In this document: positions 13,001 to 28,000 of the stretch, one piece after another
How positions within the stretch are numbered: the first letter of the stretch is position 1
How the letters are laid out: the number at the start of each line of letters is the position of its first letter
From: Styela clava
Taxonomy: Eukaryota
Reading direction: 5' to 3'
Assembly (NCBI RefSeq): GCF_964204865.1
Contig: NC_135250.1
Span: 4,340,001-4,404,000, forward strand
Length of the DNA: 64,000 bases
The notes under the pieces: generated by a model
Told to the model about the DNA's origin: nothing
The model's input: only the letters and a program-made list of their open reading frames with translations
Database searches by the model: none
Program-made: the position numbers and the translations under genes

Positions 13001-16000
13001 TATGAATTTCGTACAGGTTTATATTACTGCTGATGTTACGGTATCTTTAAAATATTGCCCCACACTTTTCCACACATTAACACACTTGTCCTACCAGTCC
13101 CGTACTTGTCCACACATGTAGCACTTGTACCATTGTTCTAAGTTAGGTTAAATAATTATTGTGTTAAAGTAAACATATGAAGTGGAATTCATGCTATTTC
13201 TGATTTAGAAGAGATATAACCTTTAGAAACTGATGAAAATCACTATTCAGCTATTTTCGCAATAAATATCATAAACAACAATAAACTAAGCGATTTGTTT
13301 TACTTACGACACGACGTAATACATTCTGTGGGCCTTTGCTCCTATGATATCTCCTTTGCCATCTCTTGTAATTCCTCCTGTAAAAGCCACAAGTATCATC
13401 AGTGAACTTTTGAATAAATAAAACAAATGTCAAACGGTGTATATTTACGGCATTTTATGTAATATTACTGGTATATTAAAATTTTAACTTTGATAATGGA
13501 CTTTTCCGTCTTATTGAACTTAAGTATATAAATTTCTGAACTGAACTATAAACAAATAAATAATACAATAGATCCATTTGATATGATAGAAAGTCAGTCA
13601 GGTTTTGAAAGTATCAGTTGGTCTCAATAGTTGCACATCAACTTGCGCTCTTAACAAAATGGCGATTCCCTTTTATACTTATTTTTGGAAACGACGCGTC
13701 GATGGGAATCTTCTAAACCAGGGGTGTGAAACCTTTAAGACAAAACCTTCTGTTCAAATCCGTGGGTTTCTATTAGAAAATAACTATTTTTTCTGCATCA
13801 CGAGGTTACCAAATCTAATGTATGGTTTTTTCAGCACCTGAGTCTCACAATTTTAGCGTTCAAAGTGATAAGATGGGGAAGGCATTAAATTTTTTTTCAA
13901 GGCTGGAAATAATTCACTGGAAATGGAAGCTGAAAATATAGCACTGGCGAAACGAAATACACAATTTCTTATGTTCTGGAATATTCGTTCTCATATTAGT
14001 CAACTTAGAAGATGAGACGAAAACGCTTGATTGAAAATTAAGATGAGATTTATGCCGGTAACTTCATTTTCGCTATGGCACTCGACATTTCGGTGTAGTC
14101 TGCCTGCTCTTATCAATCAAAATGGGAAAGCAATTTATCAGTAACCAATCAATAGAAAACGCATCAACATTTAAATAATCAAGCAAACAATTAATCTTTA
14201 GTCTCGGGCAGTATGTCAATTAACAGAATCTCAACACAAAAACAGGTATCTGGACCAGAACTTAACTTCAACTCTTTCAGTTTAAAGCCCGAGTTAACGC
14301 TCGTGTATTTTTATTTTCCAAGCTTCAACGCCCGAATTCAACAATTCGCCAATATATACTTTTCTTTCTCAAGAATCAACGCTCAAACTCTTCGAATTTG
14401 TGTCTTATTATCAATGTATATATTAAAATTAAACGTTTTGTGTGCCAAACAGATCAGATGATACATGGTTTATATACATTAACTGTGAATCTTAATGATG
14501 AATTCGGGGGGAGCTGACTTTGATGACCATATGGTCGTATCGCTCTCTCCAGTCTATACCGAATTAACTCGCTTATTTTGTATATATATATTTTGTTGTA
14601 CCATTGGTTGACGAAATAATAAATCTCTCTCTCTAATACAGAAGGGCCAAATACAAATAACTGGGTGAAACCTCACGCCGCATCTTTATTTAATAATATA
14701 AGCTACCTAGTAGTTGCAAGCACAAAAATTTTGGATAGAGATCTTATGACATGCGTTGGTAAAATTAAACTTTCCTAATTTTCGCGAACAGTATGTGAAT
14801 GACAATTTTTATTTTATTGTCAACAATAACATTACGATTTTTCCACTCACCTATCATCGTAGTTATATCGACTTCATCTCGGAATACTGGACTCACAAGA
14901 TCGCCGTTGATTTTTTCTTTTATTTCGTCGGTTGTCACCATAGCCAGAGCAGTCTCGTTGAAACTCCAAAACTCAAACAATGAACGTTCCTTACATTGTC
15001 CTGCTGACTTTGTGCAAATCTGAGAAAACGTTCTTCCTTTTGTACCGTTGAGGCTTCTGATTCTGAATTTAGATTAAGATCACATTTTTTTTGTTTCCAT
15101 TTCAAACCTCATTGTCAAAATATGGTTTCGATTAACAAGTTGCGAAGTTCACCTCGACTTTTGACAGGAAAAAGAAGGCGGCGATTCCAAATTTGCGTCT
15201 GAACCGATTTGAATAAGTTAATTTTCGATTCGAAATGCCCAGCTCTGGGCGGGAGTCGAATACGATTGTTAGTTTTCACAACACCGAATCAGGATGCTCA
15301 TCGTCATGTCTTTTATGGACAACAAATGGATACTCCCAAAGTGTGTGAACTAACATGGCGGAAACCGGAACTTAGTATGTGTACCAGGTTAGGGTTAGAC
15401 CATAATTTCAGGTGCAAATAATACGGGAGTCACTTGGCTAGTCCCCAAACTCGTAATAAAACTAAAATATACGTTCTACTACGTTCCGGTGTCCACCATC
15501 TTGGTTCACATACTTCGGGAGTACCAACAAATCACTATGAGCCATTGTTAGGAGGCTCGACTTATTTGCTTAACTGGACTTAAACCCGAGTCACCATTTA
15601 TTAAAGACTTGAAGTGACTCGAATCATCTAAATAGAATGACTAGGATTCGTCAACTAACTGCCGAACGCGACTCAGTGATTGATTGACTCGACTATTATC
15701 CGTGACTCAACCTGACTCGGAATACTTTAACCCGACACTGCTATAAACCACACCAGAACTTACTTTGCGTCAATTTTTGCCATTGCCCTGAACTTATCTT
15801 CAGTAAGCAAATTGTCTTCAGCGACAATTAATATTGTTTGATCTCTATCTACAACGGGGAATGTCTGTCTGTATGCAACATATTCCTTTATTATTTGCGC
15901 GTCTTCTGGCAAAAATCCACTGCTACCCGTGGGTTGTTCTCGGCGTTGTAAGAGGCCAATGAAAAGAGTTCCTGAGAACATAAAATAAAAGTGTTATAGT

Positions 16001-19000
16001 TTAGGGCAGGGGTGTGCAACCTTTTTTATTGGCGGGCCAAATACAAGTAACTGGGTGAAGCCGCGGGCCGCACCTTTTTTTAGTTTAGGCCTTCTGGTAG
16101 TTGCAAGCACAAAAATTGCCTATATTTGCTATTGATCTTACGGCATTATTAGAGGTTCTTGCAGAAATAGTAGATTTAAAACGCATAAACTTCTGGAGTA
16201 ACTGCTATTTAAATTTTTTGTCACACCGACTTCAAACGAATGCAGTGAGAAACACGTTTTTGTAATATAAATCGTGTATTTTGCAACAGAATTTTGCTAG
16301 CTTGTTTTGCTAATATGACTGGTATGGACTTTGCGACGTAAAAGAATAAATACTCGTTTTGCGGGTACACCATTCGAAATTGTTATTTCTCCGCGAGCCG
16401 CACAACTTCTTCTTGCGGGCCGCTTTTGGCAGTTTGCACATCCCTGGTTTAGGGCATTGGTTCTCAATCTTTTAAAGCCACGCCTCATTTTTAGAATTTG
16501 TCCAGTTTTGCGCCCCACCTCAAAAATAACTAGCTACAATAAGCTAAAAATATCAGATAGTAAAGCGAAAGTACGTTCAATTCAAAAACACGTTAAAAGA
16601 CGTGGATGGAAAGAAAATAATGGAATAAGTGAAAATTTTTGAAATGTAAACATCGAAAATAAGGAATCCGATCAGAAATAATGGAAATACTCAATTGGAC
16701 TCGAGTATTTGATGAATGGTAACAAGTGCACAAGTGGACCCGTATACGTATAACGCAGGGATGCTGTAGCAAGAATAAAGATGACTACATACGACTACAA
16801 ATTTCTAATACTTAAGATACAGTGAATTTGAAATAATTGAGATACAGCACTCAGTCGAACTGTTTTGAGTCTTGTCTCAATCAGCATTTTGTAGCGTGTA
16901 ATCCGACATCATATATATATCCATATAGTTTCAGTAGATCTTGGCATTTCAGGGGTCGCCCATATTTTTGCTCAGATTTGAGTTTCCTTCACTTTTGAGT
17001 GAGTGCGCGTGGCCTTGCTTTGGGGGATTTTTTAAAAAAAATACTCACCTGTAAGAATCAACGAGAGTAGTATCACCATCTTCGGGTTGCTCCCTACTTG
17101 CACTCCCAACCAGTAAAATCCATTTTCCAGTGTCGAAGAAATCGCGTCAGGTATCTTTGCATACCACTTCTTTTTTGTTTCCTCTTTATCTTTCGTGACG
17201 TCACCAGTTGATGACGCATTATCCACTACTTTTGACATCGTGATGATGGCGGTATCAGGTGATTTGTCTACTCCGTTTTGTTGATTTTCTTGCTCGGACT
17301 CTAGCGCCATCTCGTTTTGGTAAACTTGCGCGTCCTTGATTGAATTCTTTTTCGAGTCATTGTCCCTTTCTTGTCGTTTGAGAATGCCGGCCATAAATAT
17401 TACAAACATAATGAAGTCGATGAACACCAGGACGACAAACGGCAGAACGAATGCAAATAGAAAAACGTGTAACGTTGACTTGTCTTCAAATGTTAAAGTG
17501 TCTCCGTCCGTGGTGTTGACTGTAGGCGTTGGTAATGATTGTGATGTCATTTTGTCATAGCAACCATCTGGCCAATAAATGCGAAGAGTTTCGTTGGCGT
17601 AACAAGATGAATCTTTCAATCGATATTCGTCAGGAGAATCGAAACCACAGCAAGAGTACTAGAATGAAGAGAATAATACGTGTTAAATTTTTATTTTATA
17701 TATAAATAGATGATAATCTTGTCGAATTACCGTTAGCCTGCCAGTATTCAACGTTAGTATGTATTAATTCAGACTTTCATGAGTTTTATTCGCGTTATCA
17801 TTCCTCGTGGATTAGGTGCAGAAATAGATACGGCATAGGATGGGGGTCCATCAAAAATAAGACTCACAAACAGAGGTCCGCCGCCCAAATAGTTTGGGAA
17901 ACTCTGCTTAGACAACTGTGCAGGTTACACAACTCTCAAATCTTATGCCCACCACCTTGGGTATCAGTAATACGGCAGGGAAATAAGGAAATGTTAAACA
18001 AACGGAAAAGATTCCGGTCAAAAATATTAGCCCCTTATATATCGTTAGGTACTAATCTGTCAATCAATCAAATAAATCGATACGCTAACCTCTAAGACTA
18101 AGTAGAAGACTTTTCCAACTTAATGCTTAAAGTTACGATTTTCAAGGCTTAGTTGAAAAGCCTTGCTAGAGGCGAAAAGACACATCGAAGAAATATCCAT
18201 AAATCGCAATATTGTTGCCCAAAAGATTTTTTTGAATCTAGTACAGTCTTACGTGATTTTGTATCAAGTTTTTCGTTCTCATATCAGCTTCTTTCCAGAC
18301 TTCGCCAATATATTCTTTTCTGGCATCAGTGGGAATTAATCCCCAGATAAGCAATGCTAGAGCTAAACCGGTGTTAATGATTAGAAACACAGTGACCTGG
18401 AAAAAGAGAAATGTCATATAAATTAAATATACAAGAGAATACTATAAAGCGAAATGAATTTGTGTCAAGATGTTAAAATTCTGAGCTGAACACAGACATA
18501 TATATATTTTGTAGAGTTTCTTCTAACCAAGGTCAGACTATTACGTTCACGATCAGCTAGTTGAATCAAATTTTTCTGTGATTGATTGATATGTCGACCT
18601 TCTGAATGAATCGGCAATTTTTTGACTTTGTTTATTTATTTAAATTATAGATACATGACGAAATTTGAGGAAAAACAGTAGTTTATCATTATAACAACGT
18701 TGTTACCTCGCTAAGCACTCATTCTTTTTTATTTTTGAGTGAATTCGCGTGACCATAAAAAATATCAGGGATTCAATAAAAATAAGATAAACTTACGAAG
18801 ATATGATAAAGTCGTTTATGTGCAAATGTAGCAATCAACGCAAGTGTGCATGCCAGAAATGTGATTCCGCCCATTCCTATTAGCCAGTGAGAGAGAGGCT
18901 GAAATAAAGGTAAATATTGTTACGACTTAAAATATAGATAATAGGTTATATATATATCTATATAACGGTGCTTCAGAAACCAACACTAACCTGGTACACA

Positions 19001-22000
19001 CACTACGGGAGTACCGCTCAATCAATACCTATATACTATGGCTGCTACTGCAGTGCGAGGTGTACCGTCATATGTCGCTTCATTACCCTTATCAATTGTA
19101 TATGTAGTGGCGTATCCAGGGTATGGCAACCATGGCTCGTGTAGTGGGAGCCGTTTAGATTGGGGGCGCAAAATGGGTAAAAAGTTTCAATCGCAAAATG
19201 TTTCAATAAAATAATTTCAAGTTGGATATAATTTAAACTCGTATTTATTCTTAAATATTAACGTATAAGTTGTTCAATTTTAACCATGGTTGTTAAAAAT
19301 TTTCAGTCAACGTTCAAGAATGCGACTTTTTCAAACTTTGCCATAGGCGCCATTTAAAGAAGATGCCCCACTGTGTATATGTATCACTATCGTCATAATA
19401 TATTTGTTTTATAAAATATAATTGACACAATGTACAAGTGATGTTGAAACAACTCCGAACTCAAAAAGGTTATACAAGCAGCCTGACAAGTGTATACCGT
19501 AGTTGTTTTAAGATAACGATTACTTTGTAACCGCCATCTTTATTTATCATAACACAATAATATACAAAACGAAATGAAAAATATGATTAGTAATGAGGGC
19601 TACCGCGAGTTCGTACATCGACCAAATGTTACCTCGGACAACTTTGGCCTCCTTCACACAGGGAAATAAGTAGAAGTTGAAAACAGTAGAATTATTGATA
19701 TTTGCTCGCCAAGTGGCGCGTGATCTGGTGTATATATATTTAAAAAAAAACGAAAATTTAATCGACGCCAGACACGGCTAACCCGCCAAGCAAGTCACAA
19801 ATATATACAAAAATTAACACATCGTTGATCGTTGCGGAGTGCTGGTCTACGCGGCGATGTGACCTAAATCTGGTCTTCCCGAACTGGGAGTCGCGTCCCC
19901 ACAGAGGCCGCGAAATGAATTTTAACAAGCCATGTTCTAAATAATACACTAACAATATGGTGAGAATGAACAAAATATTACAGATTAAAATTTGTGTAAA
20001 AGTGATGCAATATATCTAAACCACTCAAGAATCTGTTATTCCGGAAATAAGGAGATTTTCAGCTTTCTTGGTAACTAAGAAATCGCGCCCAACTTTCTAC
20101 TAAATCTTAGTATTGTTGGTATTTAGTTTAAAACACAACACTAATTCTATGAATAACACGGTGACTCATTACTACGGTGATAACGTTGCGATGATGTTTA
20201 CTAATTCAGTTACTGAAGACTAATATTGTTGAAGGTTCCAAGAAACGATAATCATGTAATAACATTAAAACAGGACAGGAGCGGATTAGCTTGTAATTAT
20301 ACTGAGTTGTTAGTGGTAAAAATGGGAGAAAGGCCTGGAAGTTTACATTCAAAGTGAGTATAAAATTCCGTAGACGGTTTGAAAGTGGGTTTGGTTTAAA
20401 TAAATTTATTACTAGAACAGAAACGACCTAAAGAACGGTCAAATTGCGTCACCCGAGAAATGATTATGACGCCATCACTTTCGTCATAATAATTTTCTTC
20501 TTTCATGAGCGTTTATTGCGTCGGATTAGAAGAAATGCTTTAACTAATGAGTTTACAACAGATGAAAATTGTTCCTACTTTCATTACAAACAAGTCTCTC
20601 CGTGAGAAACTATTGTAAGAAGTTAATATTTTTTTAGGGAAAGACCGAAATATTTTTCGCAACTAAGCAATTGAAGCAATTCTCATTTTAGAATTTTCTA
20701 ATCATTACCGAAAAACAATTCTAACATAATGAATCCTGCCTCGATTCCAGGAATAATAGAAATTGAGTTTACAAGATTTCGACCAAGCGCGAAGAATGGA
20801 AACATGAAGGAAGACCAACCATGTAAATTGATTAAAACCAATGTTCCGCTTGAGAACAGGTTTCAAATTTTTTTTGCTGTGGTTATTTTAATGCTGACCA
20901 CGCTTCACGCTTTCAATTTTAAAAACGTACGCTTGATAATTGCACTTTAAGGCAGAGGTGTGAAACCTTTATTACGTGAGGGCCAGATACAAATAACTGG
21001 ATGAAACCGCGCGCCGCACCTTTACTTAAACATAGGCTCCCCCTGGTCTACTGATAAGATCGTTTGACAAAACAATGAAGGCGTTGCAGATTAAATGTAC
21101 CGGATTTCTCATTGTCACCATCTCATTCGTGTACCGTATTTCACAGATCAAAAGGCAGACCGGGTAATCAATAATGTGATTAGATTGGGTTTTTGTTCAT
21201 ACACAAGGCGTACCGGACTATAGAACGCAACGGATTTTCATGTATAAAACAATAGTAACGGTACTGGTTTTGAGTGTGAGCAATATAGCATGAATCATTG
21301 TCTGAACCGTACATTAGCCGCACCTGACTATAACACGCAAGCGGTAATGGTGCTAGTTTCGAGTGCGAGCAATAAAGCATAAAGCACCATACATTAGGCG
21401 CATCGGCTTAAAAGACGCTCGATCGATTTTTGATAGGAAAATAAGATTTAAAGTGCGCTTCATTATCTGTAAAATTCAATAATAAATCAGGTAAGCAATG
21501 GCGAAGCAAACGGTATGATCGCGATACACCATTTTGAAATATTATACATAGGAATTCGCGTGCAAACAGCTGAAATAGTAACCTCGTTATTAAATTTCAT
21601 CAAGTTTAAATTACACAAAAGTATCATATAGGTATCAAATAGGTATTGTGCTCAAATATGCCAAAAATATGCTGTACTCCTGTAGTATTTGTACCAGGTT
21701 AGGGTTAGGTCATAATTTTATTCCGATTTTCCTTATTTTTGTTCTATTACGTTTTCGGGAACTGTCCCAAACTGTTTGAGCAGACATATTGAAATAAAAT
21801 TCTGTTTTTTTCTCTCTGATTTATATCAGATTTCATAACATAAAAAATCTCTAAATATCTTACGTAGAATGAGTCTCTTTCTATTTATTGAATTTTGAAC
21901 TTTGATTCACCTGATTAAAAAACTTTAGCTAAATACTTTGCGGTGTTATCGATTAGGGTTGCACGTTAATTATCCTGACAGTTCTACCTCACCAGTATTT

Positions 22001-25000
22001 AAAATGTGATTTTCCACGTCATTTTGAGTTTTATCTCACATTCGAAGTTACATTTTATAAATTATATAACACAAAGCAAGGTCATGTACTCTCGTTTGAT
22101 TGAAGGAAAGAATTGTAATCCCACTGGCATTCTAAGAGATTCACAAAGATAGGGTTTATCAAACTGTGCGCTCGGTCCTTCAGGGCATGGCTACGCAACT
22201 GGATACTCATATATGCACCTGACTGTATATGAAAAGGTTTGTAACCCAATATTAAACAATCTTTTATTTTCTGGAAAGACCGGACCCTATTAGTTCTGAA
22301 GTTTTGTATGCAGATCTATTCCTGTCTACGCCTCTGCATCAGAAAATTTGGTTCGAGTAAACACTGAGTTAAGTCTCACATGGCGGATAGTTCGAATCTT
22401 TGATGAATGGTGACTGGATCCAACTCGAATGACCCAAGCCTATGTAACCTAGTAGGGTAAAAATCTCTAAACCCCAAGTCTTGAGTAGAGTCAATCAATG
22501 AATGTACCGGCCATGATTTTAAACAGTGACCACTCTTATTGTTCTGCCTATGTAACTGAACTGGCTACGGTAACTTTAGGAATTAAATCTTGACCATTTT
22601 GGCGTTGTCGTGAGCATCTTGGAGTTAGGGGAGGTAGGGCGCGTAAATTTGTATCTTAATCAATCGGGGGGAGGGGGGCCGCAGGAAATTTCACCGCATG
22701 GAAAAATTTGCCGCATGAATAATCACCGCAAGAGCATTTTGATGTAAAACAAGTATTTGTGATCAGAACATTGAGGTTTATAGAGTTAGGGTATGCTCTT
22801 AAATAACGAATCTTTAAAAAAAAAAGTTACTTCAAAAACCTAACTGTTTTTATCACAAATATACACTTGTTTTACAACAAAATGCTCTTGCGGCAATTTT
22901 TCCTATGCAGCGAAATTTCCTGCGGCGAGACTTCCTGCGGCGAATTTTCTTAGAACCGATGACATTGCTTGATTAGACAAATTTTTATATAATCTCGTTG
23001 TTGCGATCACATTCGTTTATTCAAGACCTACGCAACAAAGGTTACATTTACGAACAAAATGCATGAACTTTTATATCTTATATAGGTGATATAACAAATC
23101 TTAGATCAAAGAAGCTGAGTTGAATATTTACATTTACAGGTCGCCACGTTTTCGACGAGCCGACCCTACCTGCCCGGCTGCGGTATCACTTGCCTATCAA
23201 AATTGCTTCGTTGATGGGACTAGATTTGCAAACTTTGATTCGAGGCTTTTGAGTGATCAGAATAACGTATTTAAATATAAATCACGCAGACTACCGGTAC
23301 TGTGGTTAGTCATTGAAACCTAGTGCAAATACTTGAGCATAAGTGACGAGAGGCCTTGTGATTAAACCGCCCTATCGACTTTCCTCTCCCCGGGATAAAT
23401 ATACAAATTCAATCTCATCCCAACTCAAGTCGCATTGGCTACCGGTACTGCGATTAGTCATTGACTTCAGCATAAGTAGGCTAATTGGACGAGAGACCGT
23501 GGTTGCTATGACGAATAATATTGCAACATTAGTGTCATGTTTATGTTTATCATTTCACAATGCTTATGTTTCCAAAATATCAGCTAATTTAGCGGTGTTT
23601 TTTATATAAATCAACGGCCGTAGGAAGGGATGGGCGTTTTCGAATACTTGATGTTTTTAAAAACGAATCCGGAACAGGTATGTAATTGTATGTGATCGTG
23701 ATCTTTTTATTGTTATGTCCTCCAGACACGTAAATTACTAAAAAAAACATAAAATTCACCACTCCAAACAGTCTCTGAGCGTTCAAACATAATAAGAAAT
23801 ATGTTTCATCAATAACTCACTAGGTAAAAAGAGTCCTATTACAAAAATGCATTTTACAAATATGGCTTAAAAAAAGATGATTCGAAATTTTCGTCTAATT
23901 CCAAACCGATTCAAATAATTCACTATTCGATTTGAAATGCCCAGCTCTAGCCATGAGAAGACAACTCAAATTCAGCAAAGAGTTGTCATAAATCCGATTC
24001 TCACACCGCAAATTTGTTTGTTGCTTGTTTATATGAAACTGTTAAATATATGTAACAGTTGTCTGATTTGCCTTATCCGGATTTGTACGCTTTATCTTAT
24101 CAGTATCACAGCTTTTAAGACGTTGAAAAATATTTCTTAGAAAGGATTTACATATTTTTGAGTTGTATGTACGATTGACCTCCATTATCTATATTCTATA
24201 GGACCGCATATTGGTTTACCGGGATGCAGAATGTATGACTTGAAAGTCTTACAATAATGCGACTTGCGAAAAGTTTATATAGTTTATCTCTAATACTTGG
24301 CAACTTTTGGCGTTATACTTTGAAAAATTTTCAATTCGTTGAAAAAGTTTTCTGTCTAAACTTATTAAATACATTGACCTCAAAACTTTGAAGAAACGAT
24401 TATTGATAAAATAGGATCTACGATAAAAATACATCCAACATGTCAAATCTTATTCCATATTTAACATTTACGCTATATGGATAAGGGAGTAAACCTGAAT
24501 TTCAAGAAAGACTGGCTATTGCACGAAGTTATGATTCGTCAATTTTTTGAAAGTAGCTATTCAATGCGATGTCGCGTTGATATTGTTGTACGCATTGGGT
24601 CACCAATTCGACGCCGAATTCTTTTCAGTAAAGCGGTACATAACAGGTAAGACGATAGCAATATGAGTGTGTTTTAGTATTATTAAAAAATGTGATTTTT
24701 CTTCGGGCTTATTTAAATATTGCTAAAGCCAAGCTCAATTTCTAATATGACATACCCTAATTTCCTTTTGTTTTAATGTTGGGCATATTTGTTCATGTTT
24801 AGATGAGTTACATGAGGTTTGCTTAGTGCCACAACTTTCTATGTTTAACACAGGTAAAGATGACCAAAAACTTCAGTTACCATGACTCATCCTATTCTAG
24901 AATATTATGATCCTTCGTGTAATATATACGCTTTCACCTCGTGTCAGTGCTTTGTGTAATCTTACATCAATCAATATGCCCTTTAAGTATTCTGATGGAG

Positions 25001-28000
25001 CAACTGTGATTTTCAAATATTATCTCAAAGCCACTTTCGACTGGTTTATTTATAAAACAAGTTTCTAATGTGAGATCTAAGTCTGTGATAACAAATTTTC
25101 GACCAGATTCACGTTTAGACTTCGTGTATATTACATGATATATAACATGAAATAACGATAAAATTCATCAAAAATGTTATCAGTCAAATGAAGGTGACTC
25201 ATGTAAGTTTTATAATCAAGTGGTTTTTATTGGGAATCCAGTTTTATCATAACAGCATTTATTAGACACGAAATAGACATATATTGCATGAAATATGACA
25301 TGGTGTGCGGCTAAGGGCAAATGGATGAAATTTTTATTAAAAATGTTATCAGGTGAAATGAAGGTGAATCAACAACCATTTAATTTTTATAATAAAGGGT
25401 TTTTAATGGAAAACCGGTTTCATCATCCTGTCATTTACTGGACACAAAATATGAATCGTTTTGATGTTATTTATCGATCTCGATCGGTAAGTATGTTGAT
25501 AGGTATTTGTCTGTTTGTCTGTTAGACACTTTCGTATGTTACGCGATATCTCACGAAAGCGAGGTTGAATCTGCTCAAAATTTTGCATGTGTATTCATCA
25601 CATCTCGGACCAGAATCGATTTTGGATGAATTATGTCGTATAATTAGCGAGTTAATATTTAATTGGTAATGGGACACTCGGTGTCGCTATTGAGTCAAAG
25701 CGAAACCGCAGATCGCTGTCGGCGGTATTCGATCGATATCTAGTTATGCTGTTGTTGTGAAAAAAAACTCGTTTTTCTCTTTAACTACTGGACCAATTGC
25801 TTTCAAATTTTCAGTGGTTAAAGATTGTTGTTGTCGCTAGAAAGCTAATGCATTTATTTATCTCAAAAATATTTGTGGGTTCTATGAGATTCGTTTTTCA
25901 CTTTGAAGTTTTTTGTGATGACATCATCGAAAGTAAAAATTGTTTGCCGTGGTTTCGTGATCGTCTTAGTGATCTGGTGCTAAGGTACTCTATAAGATTT
26001 GATACTACTTCGTGTCCATATATTTGAGCAAAGCCTTATACAATCTTTACGATATGCAATAGCGACCAAAAGAGATTTTTAGGCGTTGGACTAACAATGC
26101 GGACATCGCAGGTTAAAAATCTCGTACCGCTGCCACCACTGGTACCGCGGGGCTGTACTGTGATGATGTGTAATTTTCCACCAAACACTCCTAATATTAT
26201 TCATGGATTGCGGAAAACGAAAGATAATTTAACCATATTGAAAAAAAGCGTTCAGGCAAAATGTATTTTGAGCTGTGGTCATATTGTTACTTATCGATCT
26301 TAAGATCGGTAAGTATGTTGATAGGTATTTGTCTGTTTGTTTGTTTGTTTGTTTGCCTGTTAGATACACGCAATATCTCACGAAAGCAAGGTTGAATCTG
26401 CTCCAAATTTTGCATGTGCATTCATCATAGTTCGGAACAGAAGCCTATTGATTTTCGATGAATTATGTCGTATAATTAGCGAGTTATTGATTAATTAGTG
26501 ATGGGACACACAGTGTCACTATGGAGTAAGAGCGCTGTTTTGGGGGATCCCCTAACCTCCGATATATAAGTCTTCGGTCTCCGATCGATAAGTCTTCGGT
26601 CTCCAATCGATATTCTCGTTTCAACTTTGATGCGTTACTAAACAGCCCAGCTATGACATAATGATACTAATATTACAATTGTAGCGATGATTGTTGGAAA
26701 ATAAGATTAAAAAGGCGAGGTTCATGTACTTTCATGTTTGGTTTTGACGTCTTTAAGCCCCGAGGTTGTGGCTAATTTTTTTTTTGGAAGAATCCGACAA
26801 TTGTCTCGTCAAATATTTGAACCGTCATTTTTGTAGATGTTATCAATGACTGGGATTTCAAAATCGGTTTGTGTCAGCCAGTGTATGTGTGTGTGCTCGT
26901 ATGTGTGTGTGTGGAGCTGGCTTGAGTTGTTGTCATTTTCTATTTGTGACTGAGAATATTCCCCGACGATTTAAATATATATTTGAACTCGTTGTGTGTG
27001 TGTGCGTGTGAAGTTGTTGACTTGTTTTTACTTTTGCTATGCATGACTAAAAATGTTCATCGGTGATTGTCAAACTCGCTATACGAGTACTTGTATGTAT
27101 GTGTATGTGTGTGTTTATGCGTGTGTGTGTGTGTGTGTGTGTGAAGTTGACTTATTTCGATACTTTTGCTATGCATGACTCAGAATATTCATCGGTGATT
27201 ATTATTTTTCTACCTGGTATGTAAGTGTGTATGTGTGTGTGCGCGTAAATTTGACTTATTTTGTTACTTTTGTTATGTATGACTGAGAATATTAATCAGT
27301 GTTTGTTATTCTTAAACTCGCTATGTGAGTGCGTGTGTGTGTTTGAAGTTGAGTTATTTTGTTACTTTTGATATGCATGACTCAGAATATTCATCAGTGA
27401 TCATTATTTCTTTCCTTGGTATGTGAGTGCTTATGTATGTATGTGTATGTGCGTGTGTGTAAAGTTGACTTATTTTGTTACTTTTGCTACGCATGACTCA
27501 GAATATTCATCAGTGATCATTATTTCCTTCCTTGGTATGTGAGTGTTTTGTATGTGTGTGTGTGAGTGCGTATGTGTATGTGTGTATGCAATAAAGTTGA
27601 CTTATTTTGATAGTTTTGCTATTCCTGACTCAGAATATTCATCAGTGATTATTATTTTCTCACTCGACATGTGTGTATGTGTATGTGTAAGTAAGTGTGA
27701 AGTTGACTTGCATTGTTTATATCTGCTATGCATGACTGAAAATATTAATCAGTGTTTGTTATTTTCAAACTCGCTATGTGAATGCGTATGTGTGTGTGTA
27801 TGTGTGTGTGGAGTTGGCTCGAAATTTTGTTATTCAATATGTGTGACTCAGAATATTCAACAATGATTGTTATTTTCAAGCTCGATATATGAGTCCGTTT
27901 TATGTGTATGACGGGTGAATTACATTCAAATCACAGTGATATGTGTTTATTAAACAATTACAACACTTTAAAGAAAAGCAGAGTTTATTTTTATTTTAAA

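Noticed and set aside
27543-27866. Cys/Val-rich 107-aa ORF
   Set aside because: Translation of (TG)n satellite.
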